Shown here: in pieces, positions 46,901 to 57,465 of the stretch
Layout of the letters: every line of letters starts with the position of its first letter
Position numbering within the stretch: the first letter of the stretch is position 1
Virus record (IMG/VR): IMGVR_UViG_3300017909_001085
Coordinates: 32,001 to 96,000 of that record
Strand: one strand, 5' to 3'
Length of the DNA stretch: 64,000 nucleotides
Origin: a virus
Taxonomy: Duplodnaviria; Caudoviricetes
Translations under genes and position numbers: made by a program
The notes under the pieces: model-generated
What the model saw: the letters and a program-made list of their open reading frames with translations, nothing else
What the model was told of the DNA's origin: nothing
Database searches by the model: none

Positions 46901-49900
46901 TCATGTTATCAATCTGAATATGAATTGGTATTTCACGCATGTATGGAATCATAGACATATCTACAATTCTATCACCCATCGCTTTATCAACTGTTGAATT
47001 TAGAAGTTTGGTTTCTACACCTTCACGAACTTGACCAACTTGTTGAGTGCCAACTTCTTGCATAATGTTACCATTCCATCCGCCTGATGTACCACTACCA
47101 ATTCTCACTTCGCCAGTAAAGATTTGTTCGCCAAACCAGTTGTCTTGCCATGATTCCCAAACTGTACCTTCAACACCAATCTCATCTGCTAAGAATTGAA
47201 TTGCATCAAAGTTGTTATCATCGACAACCACAAGGTCAGGTCTACGAGTTGTATCTTTCCAGTCATCTGAAGCAGGTGTCAAAATCATCTCTCCAGTATA
47301 TGGAGAAACTTTATATGCATTAACTTCCATACTATCAGAAGCATATTCATTCTCAATATATGGTAATTCAGTGTAATTTAGTGTTACAATACCATCTTTA
47401 TGTTTTCTATAATTTGCGGCAGTTCTTTGTGCGTCTGTAGAGTTTTCTTCAACCATCTTCACAATTTCAGTATGTGCCATTGGTCGAGCAATGTGTCGCT
47501 TCATATCAATCGCAACACGATAGTCAGGTGAACCTACATTACCGATTCCATGACCTTTGAAATTATCTACAATGAAACCATTTTTCAGTCTAGGATTACC
47601 GTCAGCATCTAATATCAGCAAATCAGTTGTTGCTTTCTCAAGCAAGTTGAGCGAACTGACTTCTTCAAGATTAGAAATTCTAGTCTCAAGTCTACCAATA
47701 TCTTTCATAGTGTAGCGTTTATTTTTAATCTTTCTCGCAACAACTTCAGAAGTATCGATAACATAAGGTTTATATGTCACTTCGAAAAGCGTCATTGCTT
47801 TACCAAGGTCGAGAGGTGGTCTTGGATTAATATCAGGAACACCAGGTATTCTGATAAACTTGCCATCAAAGTTCATTGCAATCTTATCAATACGCCCTAA
47901 GAAATATGTGAAGTCTGCATTGAAGTTTGTACCAATCATAGGAATTTCAGTTACAGAACCACCACTACCTGTGAATGATCCCCCACTATCTTGAATTCTA
48001 GGTCTAAAGTCTATGCAATCACGCAAGTCAAAAGTAGCACCATTTCCGTCAGGTGATGAATATTGCGGAATATCTTCGTAATCTACAACACCATCATAAC
48101 TGTCTACTGAGAAGTAGTCACCACCAGAATGTGTGAAGAAATCAAATGTTACTAGTAGACGCCCTGTAGGTGCAGGACGACCCGGTTTAAGAACAATTCT
48201 TGCTAAGTCATAGAATGCATCTCTTTGACCATTATCGAATGTAAATCTATCTGTGATGTCTTGGTCAGATGAAGTAGCATTAGTACTAAAGTCTGCCGCC
48301 ATTTTGACAGACTTGAGTGCAAATCCGTCTGCTTTACCTAAAGTAATTTCTGTTTTTTGCGCCTCTGCTTGAGTTGTAATCTGAACTGTTGAATTTGGTT
48401 GAAGTGCTTTCGTTTTTTCAGCACCAGCGGCACTAGAAATTTGAACTGAAGCAATAATTTCAACCGAATTACCATTTGTTGGATTCGCACCAGATGGTAG
48501 AGTTTTAGATAAAAGATTACTAATTGTTAATGTTCTGCCATTATTTGTTAGTGCTAAATCACCTGCTGTAATAGGTATGATTGCACCAACATCGGCAGTT
48601 GCAAGTGTAGAACCAGTTCCTGTAGCAGTCAAGACTACAATAAAGTTTTGTAAGTTTGATACAGATGCAAAGGATTCGTTGTCAGGAACAGTAAACTGTG
48701 CGGCACCTGCGGCAATATTGTATGATGGAGTAAAATGTCTTCTTACTGTGTAAGTAGATGACAATACATTGTCTGGATTCTGTGCATCAGAACCACGAAT
48801 TTTTCTCATTCTAAAGTATCCAGTAGGAAATACTAGAATTTTTTGGTCTGGTCTTAAAAGTTCTGCAGAGAAACGCTTGACAGTACCACCTGCTACAGCG
48901 ACAAGACCGTTACCAGTTAGTTCTAATTCTAAGTTATTTGTAACACTAGCAACTTCACCAATTCTAACATCACCTGTTGTGTTTGTCAAGAATAATACAT
49001 CACCTGCACGGACTTGAGAGTTGAATGCAGTACCAACACCAGTTACAGTAGGGTCTCCAGTACCGACTGTTGCAGTACCAGATAGCGCCACTAGTTTAGG
49101 TTCAACATTACATGAGAATGTAGCACTTGATGGTGTTGAACTATCACCGAATGCTCTAGCATCTCTAGCAAAATCTTTACCATCATTCATTTGAATGTCA
49201 AAAATACTAAGTTTATATGTTACATCATCAATATTTCCAGTATAGTCACCATCATGAAGTTGTATACCTCTAAGATTTGCACTACCAATTACTGCAGGTG
49301 ATCCACTTATGAAATCATCATAGATGAATACTTCTGCAAAATCATTGATATCTGCGGCACCAGTTAGTGTGTTTACTAGAACAAAGTTGCCAACATCTGT
49401 TTGAATTGGTGTATCAACTACACTGTTAAATGTTCTTGGTTTATCAACATTAAGAAACTGTGTGATTTTACTTTCGACTTCGTAACCTTGAACATATGCT
49501 TTACCAGGTTCAATACCAAGAGCAAGTTTTGCGGCATCTCCAGGTGTATCTGCATTTGAATCCCACACACCTCTGTTAGTGCCGTCATTCAGGTGTTCAC
49601 GAACATCAAGTCTAAATGGTTTTACCTCATAGTCACCGCTTTCATCGTATGTTCTTCTAGCAAACTCTTCTTGTAAGAAGTTATATGTTGCTTTCTCAAC
49701 AAGTTTAGAAATCTGTCCTTGTTCACACCTTGCAAGTTCAATAAAGTTTACATCATCTTTTGATGTGAGTGATTTTTTAGTTAGTGTTAGTGTAATTTTA
49801 TATCTGTGTGCGCCAGGAGCGGCAAAGTTAGACGCTCCTTGTGCGTTGTCTTTAAGGGACTCATCTTCTTCAGGTGTTATTGTAGTTTGTGATACTTGAA

Positions 49901-50660
49901 ACCCTACACGAAAAGATGGATAGTTATGATATGGTTCAAGCAGAATTCTTTGTGCTTCGTTTGCGACAAAGAACCCATTGATAAAATAAATACCTGCTTG
50001 AATTTGAATTGCTGAACCTCGACCAACAGTATCACTGTTACCTGCGGCGGTCATCACCGCAGGATCAAAGAAGTCGATGTCAGGCGTTCCTTCTGGTTGT
50101 GTAGACATGACAGTACCAGTTGTTAATAGTGATGCTGTCAGTTCTGTAGTTTGGTCTGCAGTCATATCAGGATTTTTAGCAACAGTATTATCTACATTCA
50201 AAGATGTAACATTCTCACCAATAGCATATCTTTTGGTTGAACCATCAGTTCCGCTATCTTCATACTTGATATACAGCGTTAAAGGTGTAGTAGAGGTGGC
50301 CGCTAAAGTTCCAATAACTTTCGCTTTAACGCCTGTCTCTGAACCTGTGATAATCTTGTTTACAAAATCTGTTCTATAACTTTCTACGTTCTGAGCATTA
50401 AATGTAGATTGAACTTTAATGAAGTCATATTCAAAGTCAAAGGCGATATCGCCTGGAATAACCATCGAACCTTCCTTAAAGACATGTCGACCATGTCTCT
50501 CAATCTGATTTTGTAAAATCGATTGAAGTTGGGTTAACTCTCTCGCCTGAACTGGAAATCCAGGACGAAAGAGTACTCGATGAAAATTCTTTGACTTGGC
50601 ACCGCCTGTACCTTCAAAATCATCATAATAAGGGTCTACATTAAAGTCTATAACTGCCAT
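43983..50660 (-). CDS. Large virion structural protein (DUF4815/VrlC-like), 2225 aa
   Basis: FNVDPYYDDF, LFRPGFPVQARELTQLQSILQNQ, APGAHR, RRTYDESGDY, RYTMKDIG, KNGFIVDNF, DPLAQTF, NLRVIAL. Confidence 0.9.
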   Translation of the reverse strand: MAVIDFNVDPYYDDFEGTGGAKSKNFHRVLFRPGFPVQARELTQLQSILQNQIERHGRHVFKEGSMVIPGDIAFDFEYDFIKVQSTFNAQNVESYRTDFVNKIITGSETGVKAKVIGTLAATSTTPLTLYIKYEDSGTDGSTKRYAIGENVTSLNVDNTVAKNPDMTADQTTELTASLLTTGTVMSTQPEGTPDIDFFDPAVMTAAGNSDTVGRGSAIQIQAGIYFINGFFVANEAQRILLEPYHNYPSFRVGFQVSQTTITPEEDESLKDNAQGASNFAAPGAHRYKITLTLTKKSLTSKDDVNFIELARCEQGQISKLVEKATYNFLQEEFARRTYDESGDYEVKPFRLDVREHLNDGTNRGVWDSNADTPGDAAKLALGIEPGKAYVQGYEVESKITQFLNVDKPRTFNSVVDTPIQTDVGNFVLVNTLTGAADINDFAEVFIYDDFISGSPAVIGSANLRGIQLHDGDYTGNIDDVTYKLSIFDIQMNDGKDFARDARAFGDSSTPSSATFSCNVEPKLVALSGTATVGTGDPTVTGVGTAFNSQVRAGDVLFLTNTTGDVRIGEVASVTNNLELELTGNGLVAVAGGTVKRFSAELLRPDQKILVFPTGYFRMRKIRGSDAQNPDNVLSSTYTVRRHFTPSYNIAAGAAQFTVPDNESFASVSNLQNFIVVLTATGTGSTLATADVGAIIPITAGDLALTNNGRTLTISNLLSKTLPSGANPTNGNSVEIIASVQISSAAGAEKTKALQPNSTVQITTQAEAQKTEITLGKADGFALKSVKMAADFSTNATSSDQDITDRFTFDNGQRDAFYDLARIVLKPGRPAPTGRLLVTFDFFTHSGGDYFSVDSYDGVVDYEDIPQYSSPDGNGATFDLRDCIDFRPRIQDSGGSFTGSGGSVTEIPMIGTNFNADFTYFLGRIDKIAMNFDGKFIRIPGVPDINPRPPLDLGKAMTLFEVTYKPYVIDTSEVVARKIKNKRYTMKDIGRLETRISNLEEVSSLNLLEKATTDLLILDADGNPRLKNGFIVDNFKGHGIGNVGSPDYRVAIDMKRHIARPMAHTEIVKMVEENSTDAQRTAANYRKHKDGIVTLNYTELPYIENEYASDSMEVNAYKVSPYTGEMILTPASDDWKDTTRRPDLVVVDDNNFDAIQFLADEIGVEGTVWESWQDNWFGEQIFTGEVRIGSGTSGGWNGNIMQEVGTQQVGQVREGVETKLLNSTVDKAMGDRIVDMSMIPYMREIPIHIQIDNMKPRTKINGFFDNVNINAYVKPDDKFTVTAPNRTDFQFDPLQDPGVEFDTDDARYFGTFVDPDSDIAYPALAFALGDVVRNSVHTATSISNVVKVGNTVTITASTVSGISVGHVVTFDSIVGSTELNEGKYRVESVDTSANTFTIVNFDATGTPITTVTAYTSGGTVTRQQASGVVSYAGHLNTETSDTLPHTFHVSNIKNGFAIGDDLTGTIDNALGAKNLCTITAVNSVSDATSTDVYKNLKQFGDDNITDSEGTYTGVFVVPNTDTLKFRTGDRTLRFIDNNTNNIEIGVHTTKAERIFHATGINETREETILSLRQAEFVRDRVEEEREISRNITGSTRFQRTSRVQPPPSADGGDGGDGGGSGAGGGCGQHDPLAQTFVINEAKDGVMVTKVDLYFNEAGTRPIIIQLVNTKDGFPGLKILQQKIIDVADVNVSTDASVPTTVTFDSPVFMAGEVTYALLIKVDQPGCKVFFSDIGESNLGDNRTISRNPLTGTMFLSQNGNTWTPHQTRDIKMTIYRASFTGSVAVMDFKNVRNGFTVLNNNPFETAPNTNKVRVTQRNHGLSAGDKVTIANVASGFYGANSTTNGIPHTEFNKQHTVVAPVTNDTYVIEVNASNVVNGISGLSSDTVGGGNVQATRNFVADLIQPTLTNIRFAQSSLTYDMNVQKKAGGTFTGFKPVQENQNQEYDEPMIINSKENENATVGYSARIRATFNTLNDFVSPMIDSQRVSLCAISNRIDSRVETDVNLSTHDDRTAVSANTTVAFSNTNGNITTTNTAARALFDTLDIGKFITISGAANAGNNQKYLISNYKNDGTTATITTTPVPATNESASNAVTIVQHEKFLSDIAPSGASNLANYVTRRFTLENPSTAIKIVYEMNRPASCTVDVYYKVITDGTEQKFETIPFRKVDTEVSDSADGDPTVFRERTHLVEGLAEFSAVAIKIVMKSTNTSFVPKIKNLRVIALAL

Positions 50661-50696
50661 TTATCGCTCCGATATCTTTCTATTCTACTATTTAGA

Positions 50697-52055
50697 CTAG
50701 AATTCAATAACTAATTTGATATCTTCAATCTGGTCAGACGCACGATTAATTGGTCGTCTATGCTCAAGATACATGATATCACCACTATCAGGTTCAACCT
50801 CAGGATTACCCAAACTTGCAATTGTTCCTGATGCAGATGAACCACCACCTGTAACAGTTTCAGAACTTGTAAATGCAGTAAATCCTGTATTGATGTCTTG
50901 ATAGTATCTCAAAACTCTTGTTGAAGCATTCCAATCAATCACTTTACCTGATGCAGATGAAGAACCACCTGTGATAGTTTCATCAACTACAAAGGTACCT
51001 GAAAGACCAGAACTGTTGAGCGTAAGTGACTTAGTAGCACTTCTTGTAGTATCTGTTGCAACTACAGTTGTACCAAAGTTCAATGGATCACGAACAAGAC
51101 CAATTCTACGATAATCGTTAGAAACTGGGAAGTCACCAGCACCATCACTGTATTCAAGTCTCACGTTATTCATTACATAGAATCCACCTAATTCATGAAT
51201 TGCATTAGATGAGTGACCACCTTCTGGACCGATGATTGCTTTAATCGCACCATTCGAACCACCACCGCCAGAGACAGTGATTGTTGCTTGAGTATATCCA
51301 GTTCCTGCGTTAGTGATTGTGAAACCATTAATCGCACCAGAGTTTACAGTTGCAGTTGCAGTTGCACCGGTACCATCACCAGTAATTGTTAGTGTTGGTG
51401 CAGATGAGTATCCAGAACCAGCGTTAGTAATTTTAAGTTGCTTGATGGCACCATCTACTGCCGCCCCTTGTGTATCGAACTGTTCTTTGTATGGTTGTCC
51501 AGAACCTGGATCAGAAGCGATAAACTTAACTGGCATAAAGTCTGTTGACAAGAACTTCAGCGCATCTGCCGCAGAAATAGTATACATATATTTCCAAATG
51601 TATCCATCTGCAGTTGTGATGTAACCAGTTGAAGTACCAGTTGGTTTAGTCGTTGATGCGCCATTGCTATTATTGCTAATAACTTTGTACACATTGTAAT
51701 CGTCTGTCAAGACGTAGAATGTTGCAGAGAACAGTGAAGTAGCACCACTATTAGCGGTGTTTGATGATGAGTAATCATGTGCATACTCATCGTACACTGT
51801 ACCTGATGTCCAATCTCTTCTTACTACTGCGTGAATAACATCTGATGCAGTCACACGCTTCATGGCGACCATGTCATCATAAGCGTTAAATGATGTATCA
51901 TTGTTATCAGTAGGAGTAGGAGGAGATGTATCATCGGTCCATGCTTGTGGACGACCGATGAACAAATAAATGTTTGTTCCAGAACTTTCACTAAATGCTT
52001 CAATGTACTGTTCAGCATTGTGAATACGGAACTTATTAGTAATGATTGCGGCCAT
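50697..52055 (-). CDS. g8: Baseplate wedge protein gp8
   Basis: MAAIITNKFRI, YLFIGRPQAW, VYKVISN, DGYIWKYMY, QIEDIKLVIEF. Confidence 0.93.
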   Translation of the reverse strand: MAAIITNKFRIHNAEQYIEAFSESSGTNIYLFIGRPQAWTDDTSPPTPTDNNDTSFNAYDDMVAMKRVTASDVIHAVVRRDWTSGTVYDEYAHDYSSSNTANSGATSLFSATFYVLTDDYNVYKVISNNSNGASTTKPTGTSTGYITTADGYIWKYMYTISAADALKFLSTDFMPVKFIASDPGSGQPYKEQFDTQGAAVDGAIKQLKITNAGSGYSSAPTLTITGDGTGATATATVNSGAINGFTITNAGTGYTQATITVSGGGGSNGAIKAIIGPEGGHSSNAIHELGGFYVMNNVRLEYSDGAGDFPVSNDYRRIGLVRDPLNFGTTVVATDTTRSATKSLTLNSSGLSGTFVVDETITGGSSSASGKVIDWNASTRVLRYYQDINTGFTAFTSSETVTGGGSSASGTIASLGNPEVEPDSGDIMYLEHRRPINRASDQIEDIKLVIEF

Positions 52056-52091
52056 TTTTTCCTCTCTTTAACTAATTTAAGTATATGACAT

Positions 52092-52099
52092 TATTTATA
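52092..52099 (-). promoter_or_regulatory. T4-type late promoter (g8)
   Basis: Intergenic TATAAATA. Confidence 0.8.
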
Positions 52100-52106
52100 A
52101 GACTTT

Positions 52107-55064
52107 TTAACTACTTCGCAGGAAGATTTCACTATCAAATGTAAAATCTAATTTTCTTCCCGGAAAGTTTACTAAGTCTTCAACAGACATCAACTCATTT
52201 AGATGTGCTATTTGCGTATTTGCATAAGTATCCCAATAAGTATCATTACTGGTATTACTACCAGAATAGTTTGATGTCAATACAGAACTATTATACGTTC
52301 CTCTATATATACGACCCCCACGGTCGATTTGTCTAGTTCCTGCGCTGTATGGCGGGAACAAGAACTTAAAGCGGTCTAGTGAATGCCCCGTAGGTCCAAG
52401 TTTTGCTGACCCATAGGATTCATGTAAGTGTGCATCTTCTAGACCAAGAGATGCAATTAAGTGTAGTTTCGATGTGGATACTGCAGTCAAATCATCTGTA
52501 GATGTAATTGTTGGCAACAGCAATGTGACAACATTCTGTACGCTTCGTGCAACTGTTGCAACTTGCTTATAAATTTCTATTTGATGTTTAACTGTGGTGT
52601 TAGCAGTCAAATTTTCTAACCATGTTTCGAATGTCTGAAGTATAATCATAATATCTGGTGTCTGTTTAGTTCTACCATGCTGATTACCATCTGCAGTTGC
52701 ATTATTAGGTGAGTTAGGTATATTGACACTCTCATCAAATGCAGTTTGACTTTCTCTCAAGAAAAGTGTGACTTGTTTTAAGAACTGTGTAGTTGCATCA
52801 ATGTTAGCGGCAGGTGTTGGATGCTGTGGGAACTGCAATGTAGGAATAACACCACCAGGTTCAGTTCCAATTAACTCATCTTCACCCTTTATGTAATTGT
52901 TACCTGTATTGGTCATAACTTCATTACTATTTTCTAGTAAGATGAAAGACCCATCTTCTTGAATAATTCTTGTTTCAAATAACATCGCTGATGCGACTTC
53001 AGTGAAAATTTCAAGTTCCATCTTCTGTTCTCTCGCAACAGGCGTTGCTTCTTTAAGAAGTGAAATCATAAACTCAATAGGTTTGAATATAAATCCACCA
53101 GTCAGTGCGTTTTGATTAAGTCTAAAGTTAGACCCACCCCATGCACTTGCTCTTGCAGTAGTTTGAACAGAAACTTCACCAAACAGTGCTAGACCAACTG
53201 GATGTAAAATACGTTTAATAGCATCACGCCAGACGTTGATTGACTGACCAACTTTAACAACATACGAGAAGTCTTGGTAGTAGAAACTATCTTGAATATT
53301 TTTAGAACTTTCTGAAAGACGACCATCTGCACCAAATAGAACACCTTCACTAGAAGATACTGTACCGTTTCTTGGATTAATAGTTGCAGAACCAACTTGA
53401 CATATAACTGCAGTTGCTCCTGAAGTTGTGCCTCTAATTCTAGACCTTCTTAAACAAATATCAGTTTTCTCAATTAGATTTGTTGGTATTTCAAAACTAT
53501 CATCTACAGTATTCAACTTTATCTTATATAAGTTTCTAGTAGTATCAATAGATTGAATAACACCATTTTCTACTGCAGTTATTTCACTTATTAAGTTATC
53601 ACCAGTTTCTAATAGAACATTGCTTTCATCTTCTTTGAGTATATGATATGGTTGAGATGTAACAGGTTCACCTACTATAAATGTACCGACTATATCTTCT
53701 AGAATTAAATTTTCTTGTACAATGACATCAGGTACACTATCATACCCACTACCTAAGTTAGTTCTAGTGACACCAGTTATACGACCTATATCTCTTGAGA
53801 CAGCATACAATTCTGCGCCTGTACCATTGGTAGTTGTTACTCCAATTGTAGGAAGTTGATTATAATTAACACCTTCATTAACAATTTTCAACTCATGAAT
53901 TTCACCAAGATGGTCGGAATCATCAGGACGTATCTTATCTCCATTCTCTAAGAGAAGTAAATCACCATCTTCTTTTGCTATTTCTCTGATATCACCAGCA
54001 AGAATGTTATGTCCATTTTCTAGTAGAATACCATCGCCACTTCCTTCATTTATAAGTCTACCCTCAACTCTAGCAACTACTGCAGAAGCATTTGCACCCA
54101 AACCACCATTTGCATATGTTAGTGGATCATCTAACGCATAATCTCTACCTCTTTGTTCAATAACATATTCTTGAACGCCACCTTTACCAACTGCATTAAT
54201 ATCAAACTGTGCAGAACTACCTATTTCTTCATGTATGGTAGTATCACCATTTTCTTGAAGAATTTTATCACCGTCTTCTTTGACAATGTTAGGAGTTTGA
54301 TTAGAAGTAACAAGTGGATCACCAGTAATATAGTATGCACCAGCAGTTGGTATGTCAACACCAGTAATAATATTATCAATGATACCTGTAACTGTACCGC
54401 TATCTGTTGGTATTGTAACTGTCTGACCAGCAACAAAAGCACCAGATAGAGAATTTTGAGTAAGAGTTAGTTGATAAACTGTATTTGCTCCAACAGCAAA
54501 TGCGATAAAGTTCTCAATCAATCCAGTTGATAAGTTAATATTAATATCACTTGGATTATTTGCTTGCGTTATCTGCTTACCTACAATCTGTGATATATTA
54601 GTTACATCACCAGAAATACTTTTGATGTTGATAATAGTATCTGAAGTAAATTTACCATCAGACACACGCAACATATCTACTTTTGGATAGTATACAGAAA
54701 CTTCTTCATTAAACAACATTCTGAATAATAGAATAAGTGCTTTATCTGTTCCCTTTGATTGATAAAATTCTTTAATATTTTTGAGAAGATTTCTCTTATC
54801 ATTAAGAATGGAATCTGGAATATCTACTAGGTAATTTTCTTTGAAATATGTTACAAATGCATCAAGAGTAGTATCAATGTCGTTGACTATTCTAGCACTA
54901 CGAGTTGCTTCAATAGCATTGCCTTGCAGTTCCATCCACTCATAGTATGCTTCAAGAAAAGTTACAAAGGTTGTATGGTCACTTTGAACAAACTCTGGTA
55001 ATTGGTCAGAGATTATTGCTGAGACTTGTCCTTTAATATTATCGTTAGAAAGACCATTGTACAT
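52107..55064 (-). CDS. g7: Baseplate wedge protein (gp7-like)
   Basis: QLPEFV, FLEAYYEW, FYQSKGT, IQDSFYYQDFSYVVK, LHPVG; lies between g6 and g8. Confidence 0.8.
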   Translation of the reverse strand: MYNGLSNDNIKGQVSAIISDQLPEFVQSDHTTFVTFLEAYYEWMELQGNAIEATRSARIVNDIDTTLDAFVTYFKENYLVDIPDSILNDKRNLLKNIKEFYQSKGTDKALILLFRMLFNEEVSVYYPKVDMLRVSDGKFTSDTIINIKSISGDVTNISQIVGKQITQANNPSDININLSTGLIENFIAFAVGANTVYQLTLTQNSLSGAFVAGQTVTIPTDSGTVTGIIDNIITGVDIPTAGAYYITGDPLVTSNQTPNIVKEDGDKILQENGDTTIHEEIGSSAQFDINAVGKGGVQEYVIEQRGRDYALDDPLTYANGGLGANASAVVARVEGRLINEGSGDGILLENGHNILAGDIREIAKEDGDLLLLENGDKIRPDDSDHLGEIHELKIVNEGVNYNQLPTIGVTTTNGTGAELYAVSRDIGRITGVTRTNLGSGYDSVPDVIVQENLILEDIVGTFIVGEPVTSQPYHILKEDESNVLLETGDNLISEITAVENGVIQSIDTTRNLYKIKLNTVDDSFEIPTNLIEKTDICLRRSRIRGTTSGATAVICQVGSATINPRNGTVSSSEGVLFGADGRLSESSKNIQDSFYYQDFSYVVKVGQSINVWRDAIKRILHPVGLALFGEVSVQTTARASAWGGSNFRLNQNALTGGFIFKPIEFMISLLKEATPVAREQKMELEIFTEVASAMLFETRIIQEDGSFILLENSNEVMTNTGNNYIKGEDELIGTEPGGVIPTLQFPQHPTPAANIDATTQFLKQVTLFLRESQTAFDESVNIPNSPNNATADGNQHGRTKQTPDIMIILQTFETWLENLTANTTVKHQIEIYKQVATVARSVQNVVTLLLPTITSTDDLTAVSTSKLHLIASLGLEDAHLHESYGSAKLGPTGHSLDRFKFLFPPYSAGTRQIDRGGRIYRGTYNSSVLTSNYSGSNTSNDTYWDTYANTQIAHLNELMSVEDLVNFPGRKLDFTFDSEIFLRSS

Positions 55065-57043
55065 TAGTATGAACTTCCACCGCTACCTGAACTTCCGCTA
55101 CTTCCACTACTACTTGAACTTCCACTACTTCCAGAACTTCCTGTTATCGCTGATGCGGCGCCAGCAAGACCAGACCCACCTGTGTTACTTAATTCATTAC
55201 TTGATGATGTTTGATAATCAACACCAGCAGAGGATTCACCAGTTGCAATCTTGTCTACAATAGTATTCACTGTAATATCACTCTCATTAATTTCTAATAG
55301 TACGTTACGAACACTTACAATATCGTTAGAGTTTAGTGTCACGAATATTTTAACTTGATTTTCATCTAGTACTGTACTAGTAATATTTAGTTGGTCAACA
55401 ATAATCTTACCTGTGGCATAATCAATCTGACCTTGTGTAGAATTCACATAAACTTTAGTTGATGAACCCTCTTCAAGATAATATGAACGAACATTACCTG
55501 CTCCGTCATCATCTAGATATAGAGTTTGAGTTCTACCTGCAATATTGAAACCTGTTGATGATATATTTGTAGGTGACCCTGCCCCTTGTGTAAAGATAGG
55601 ATTGTAAAAATTAATAGTATACTTACTTTCGTTATTTAATATTGCATCAAAATATCTTTGACATCTAATGGTAGTTACGTTAGAGACAATACCTTTATCT
55701 GCCCTATCAATGACATTAACAAACTTAGAATATCTGAAAACACTATCAAATGATTTTATCTCTGTGTTTGAATAATTTAGAATATCTTGTCTTACTTTTG
55801 ATGATATATCTGTGTAACTAGAACTTGTTACATTTGGATTCCAATATACATTTACTGTAGGAATAATATCAATGTACACCGGGTCAATAATTTCAGGTGT
55901 GATAGAGACCATATTCTTACCTGCTAAAACAGAATTTTTAATTCCGTCTTTTGTAGATGTAGTTAATGTTCTACCAGTTTTAGGTTTTATAGATAAGAAA
56001 ACTTTACCATAGATAGGCGGGTCATTATCTTCACCACCCCACACTTGCATCGTATCAACATTATTATATAACTTAGGAAGAATTATCTTATAATCTTCTG
56101 CTGTTACTGCACGATTTTGTGCAGAATATGACTTAGGAGCATTGAACTTAATACTTTCGATGCTTTCTCTCGCCGCACCATTCTGCGAATTGATAACAGT
56201 AGTAATTGTTGCATTTGTAGAACCACCAACTGAACTTTGTAGTGTAAATGCATTTGCACCATTTGCTTCATCTTCATTACAAACAATATACTCAATGATG
56301 ACTATATTACCATCATCTAGTGCTTTACCTAAAACATTATCACCAAAACTAAGTTCATAATATCCATTTTCAACAGCATCTAAGAAATATACTTCAGATT
56401 GAGAAGTAACCTCTAAGAAATCATTTGCTTTACTAAATGTTCTCTGTGTTACATCTGCTACTGAAGTTTGTACTTTTACAGCAATAGTTGATGTATCAAT
56501 ATTTTCATCTGTTAGTAAAAATCTTTGTGCAGGGTCTAAGGAATCTTTTGTATATTGTAAGTTAAGAAGAGTTCCCTCTTTAATATCAATATTTGTAAAC
56601 GTATACACACCCTCTGTTGGTACAATTGTTACGTCAGAAGTTGTTACAAATTGATAGTTGACATCATTAACACGACTTCTAAAAACAGTACCCTTAGGCA
56701 TCGTGAGTGTAGTGGGTGCGCCAGCAGGTGAATTGATTGTCACATTTATTCTTGCTTCTGATGATGTAGATGACCTTGGAGTATAACCTAAATGCTTTGC
56801 AAGTGATATAACGCTATCTCTCTTGACGGCACTATCAAGAAACATCTCGTTTGCTACCATGTTAGCATATACTGCATTATAGTGTGTATTATACGAAAGA
56901 ACGTCTAGCAATGTATTCATCGCTGAACCCTCAAAGTCATAATCTTTGAAAGTCTCTTGCGATTTCATATATGATTTCAGATTTGTTTTTATATCGTTGA
57001 AATCTAGTTCTGTAACTCTTAATCTTTTTGTAGTTTGTGCCAT
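55064..57043 (-). CDS. g6: Baseplate wedge protein gp6
   Basis: LDFNDIK, FKDYDFEGS, YNTHY, NEMFLDSA, QNRAVTAEDY, WGGE; Ser/Gly-rich tail. Confidence 0.97.
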   Translation of the reverse strand: MAQTTKRLRVTELDFNDIKTNLKSYMKSQETFKDYDFEGSAMNTLLDVLSYNTHYNAVYANMVANEMFLDSAVKRDSVISLAKHLGYTPRSSTSSEARINVTINSPAGAPTTLTMPKGTVFRSRVNDVNYQFVTTSDVTIVPTEGVYTFTNIDIKEGTLLNLQYTKDSLDPAQRFLLTDENIDTSTIAVKVQTSVADVTQRTFSKANDFLEVTSQSEVYFLDAVENGYYELSFGDNVLGKALDDGNIVIIEYIVCNEDEANGANAFTLQSSVGGSTNATITTVINSQNGAARESIESIKFNAPKSYSAQNRAVTAEDYKIILPKLYNNVDTMQVWGGEDNDPPIYGKVFLSIKPKTGRTLTTSTKDGIKNSVLAGKNMVSITPEIIDPVYIDIIPTVNVYWNPNVTSSSYTDISSKVRQDILNYSNTEIKSFDSVFRYSKFVNVIDRADKGIVSNVTTIRCQRYFDAILNNESKYTINFYNPIFTQGAGSPTNISSTGFNIAGRTQTLYLDDDGAGNVRSYYLEEGSSTKVYVNSTQGQIDYATGKIIVDQLNITSTVLDENQVKIFVTLNSNDIVSVRNVLLEINESDITVNTIVDKIATGESSAGVDYQTSSSNELSNTGGSGLAGAASAITGSSGSSGSSSSSGSSGSSGSGGSSY

Positions 57044-57448
57044 TTATCTCGTCCTTACTAAAAAGGTCTCAAATACCTCGGACCCTGTGAAATTTACAAC
57101 ATAGAAAAAAATCCTCACTCTATAAGTATTAGTATCTGGTTCATCAAATACTTGTACATCTTCAATTCTCGCTCTAGGTTCATGATTATCTATGACCTCA
57201 CGAATTGACTTCTCTATTAATCTTCTTGTCATAGGAGTATTGTTCTCAAACAACAAGTCTGCAATCGATGAACCAAGATAAGGTTGAAAAGGTCTTTCAA
57301 AGTACCTAGTTTGAATAAGTGATTTCATAGACTGCTTTACTGCTTCTACATCACTCTTACGAGCAACATCTGATGTAGTAGACAGTCTAGTAAAGTTAAA
57401 GTCTAAATCCTTAAAATCTGCGGTTTTTCTTGTTACAGTCGTTGCCAT
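57044..57448 (-). CDS. g25: Baseplate wedge protein gp25
   Basis: FKDLDFNF, ERPFQPYLGS, LLFE, EPR. Confidence 0.95.
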   Translation of the reverse strand: MATTVTRKTADFKDLDFNFTRLSTTSDVARKSDVEAVKQSMKSLIQTRYFERPFQPYLGSSIADLLFENNTPMTRRLIEKSIREVIDNHEPRARIEDVQVFDEPDTNTYRVRIFFYVVNFTGSEVFETFLVRTR

Positions 57449-57453
57449 ACTAC

Positions 57454-57461
57454 TATTTATA
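57454..57461 (-). promoter_or_regulatory. T4-type late promoter motif (g25), very short leader
   Basis: TATAAATA ends 5 nt before the g25 ATG. Confidence 0.65.
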
Positions 57462-57465
57462 CCTC

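Noticed and set aside
55064-55150. Short tandem repeats (CTTCC(A/G)CTA) at the g6 3' end
   Set aside because: They encode the Ser/Gly tail of gp6; no spacer structure, so not CRISPR-like.
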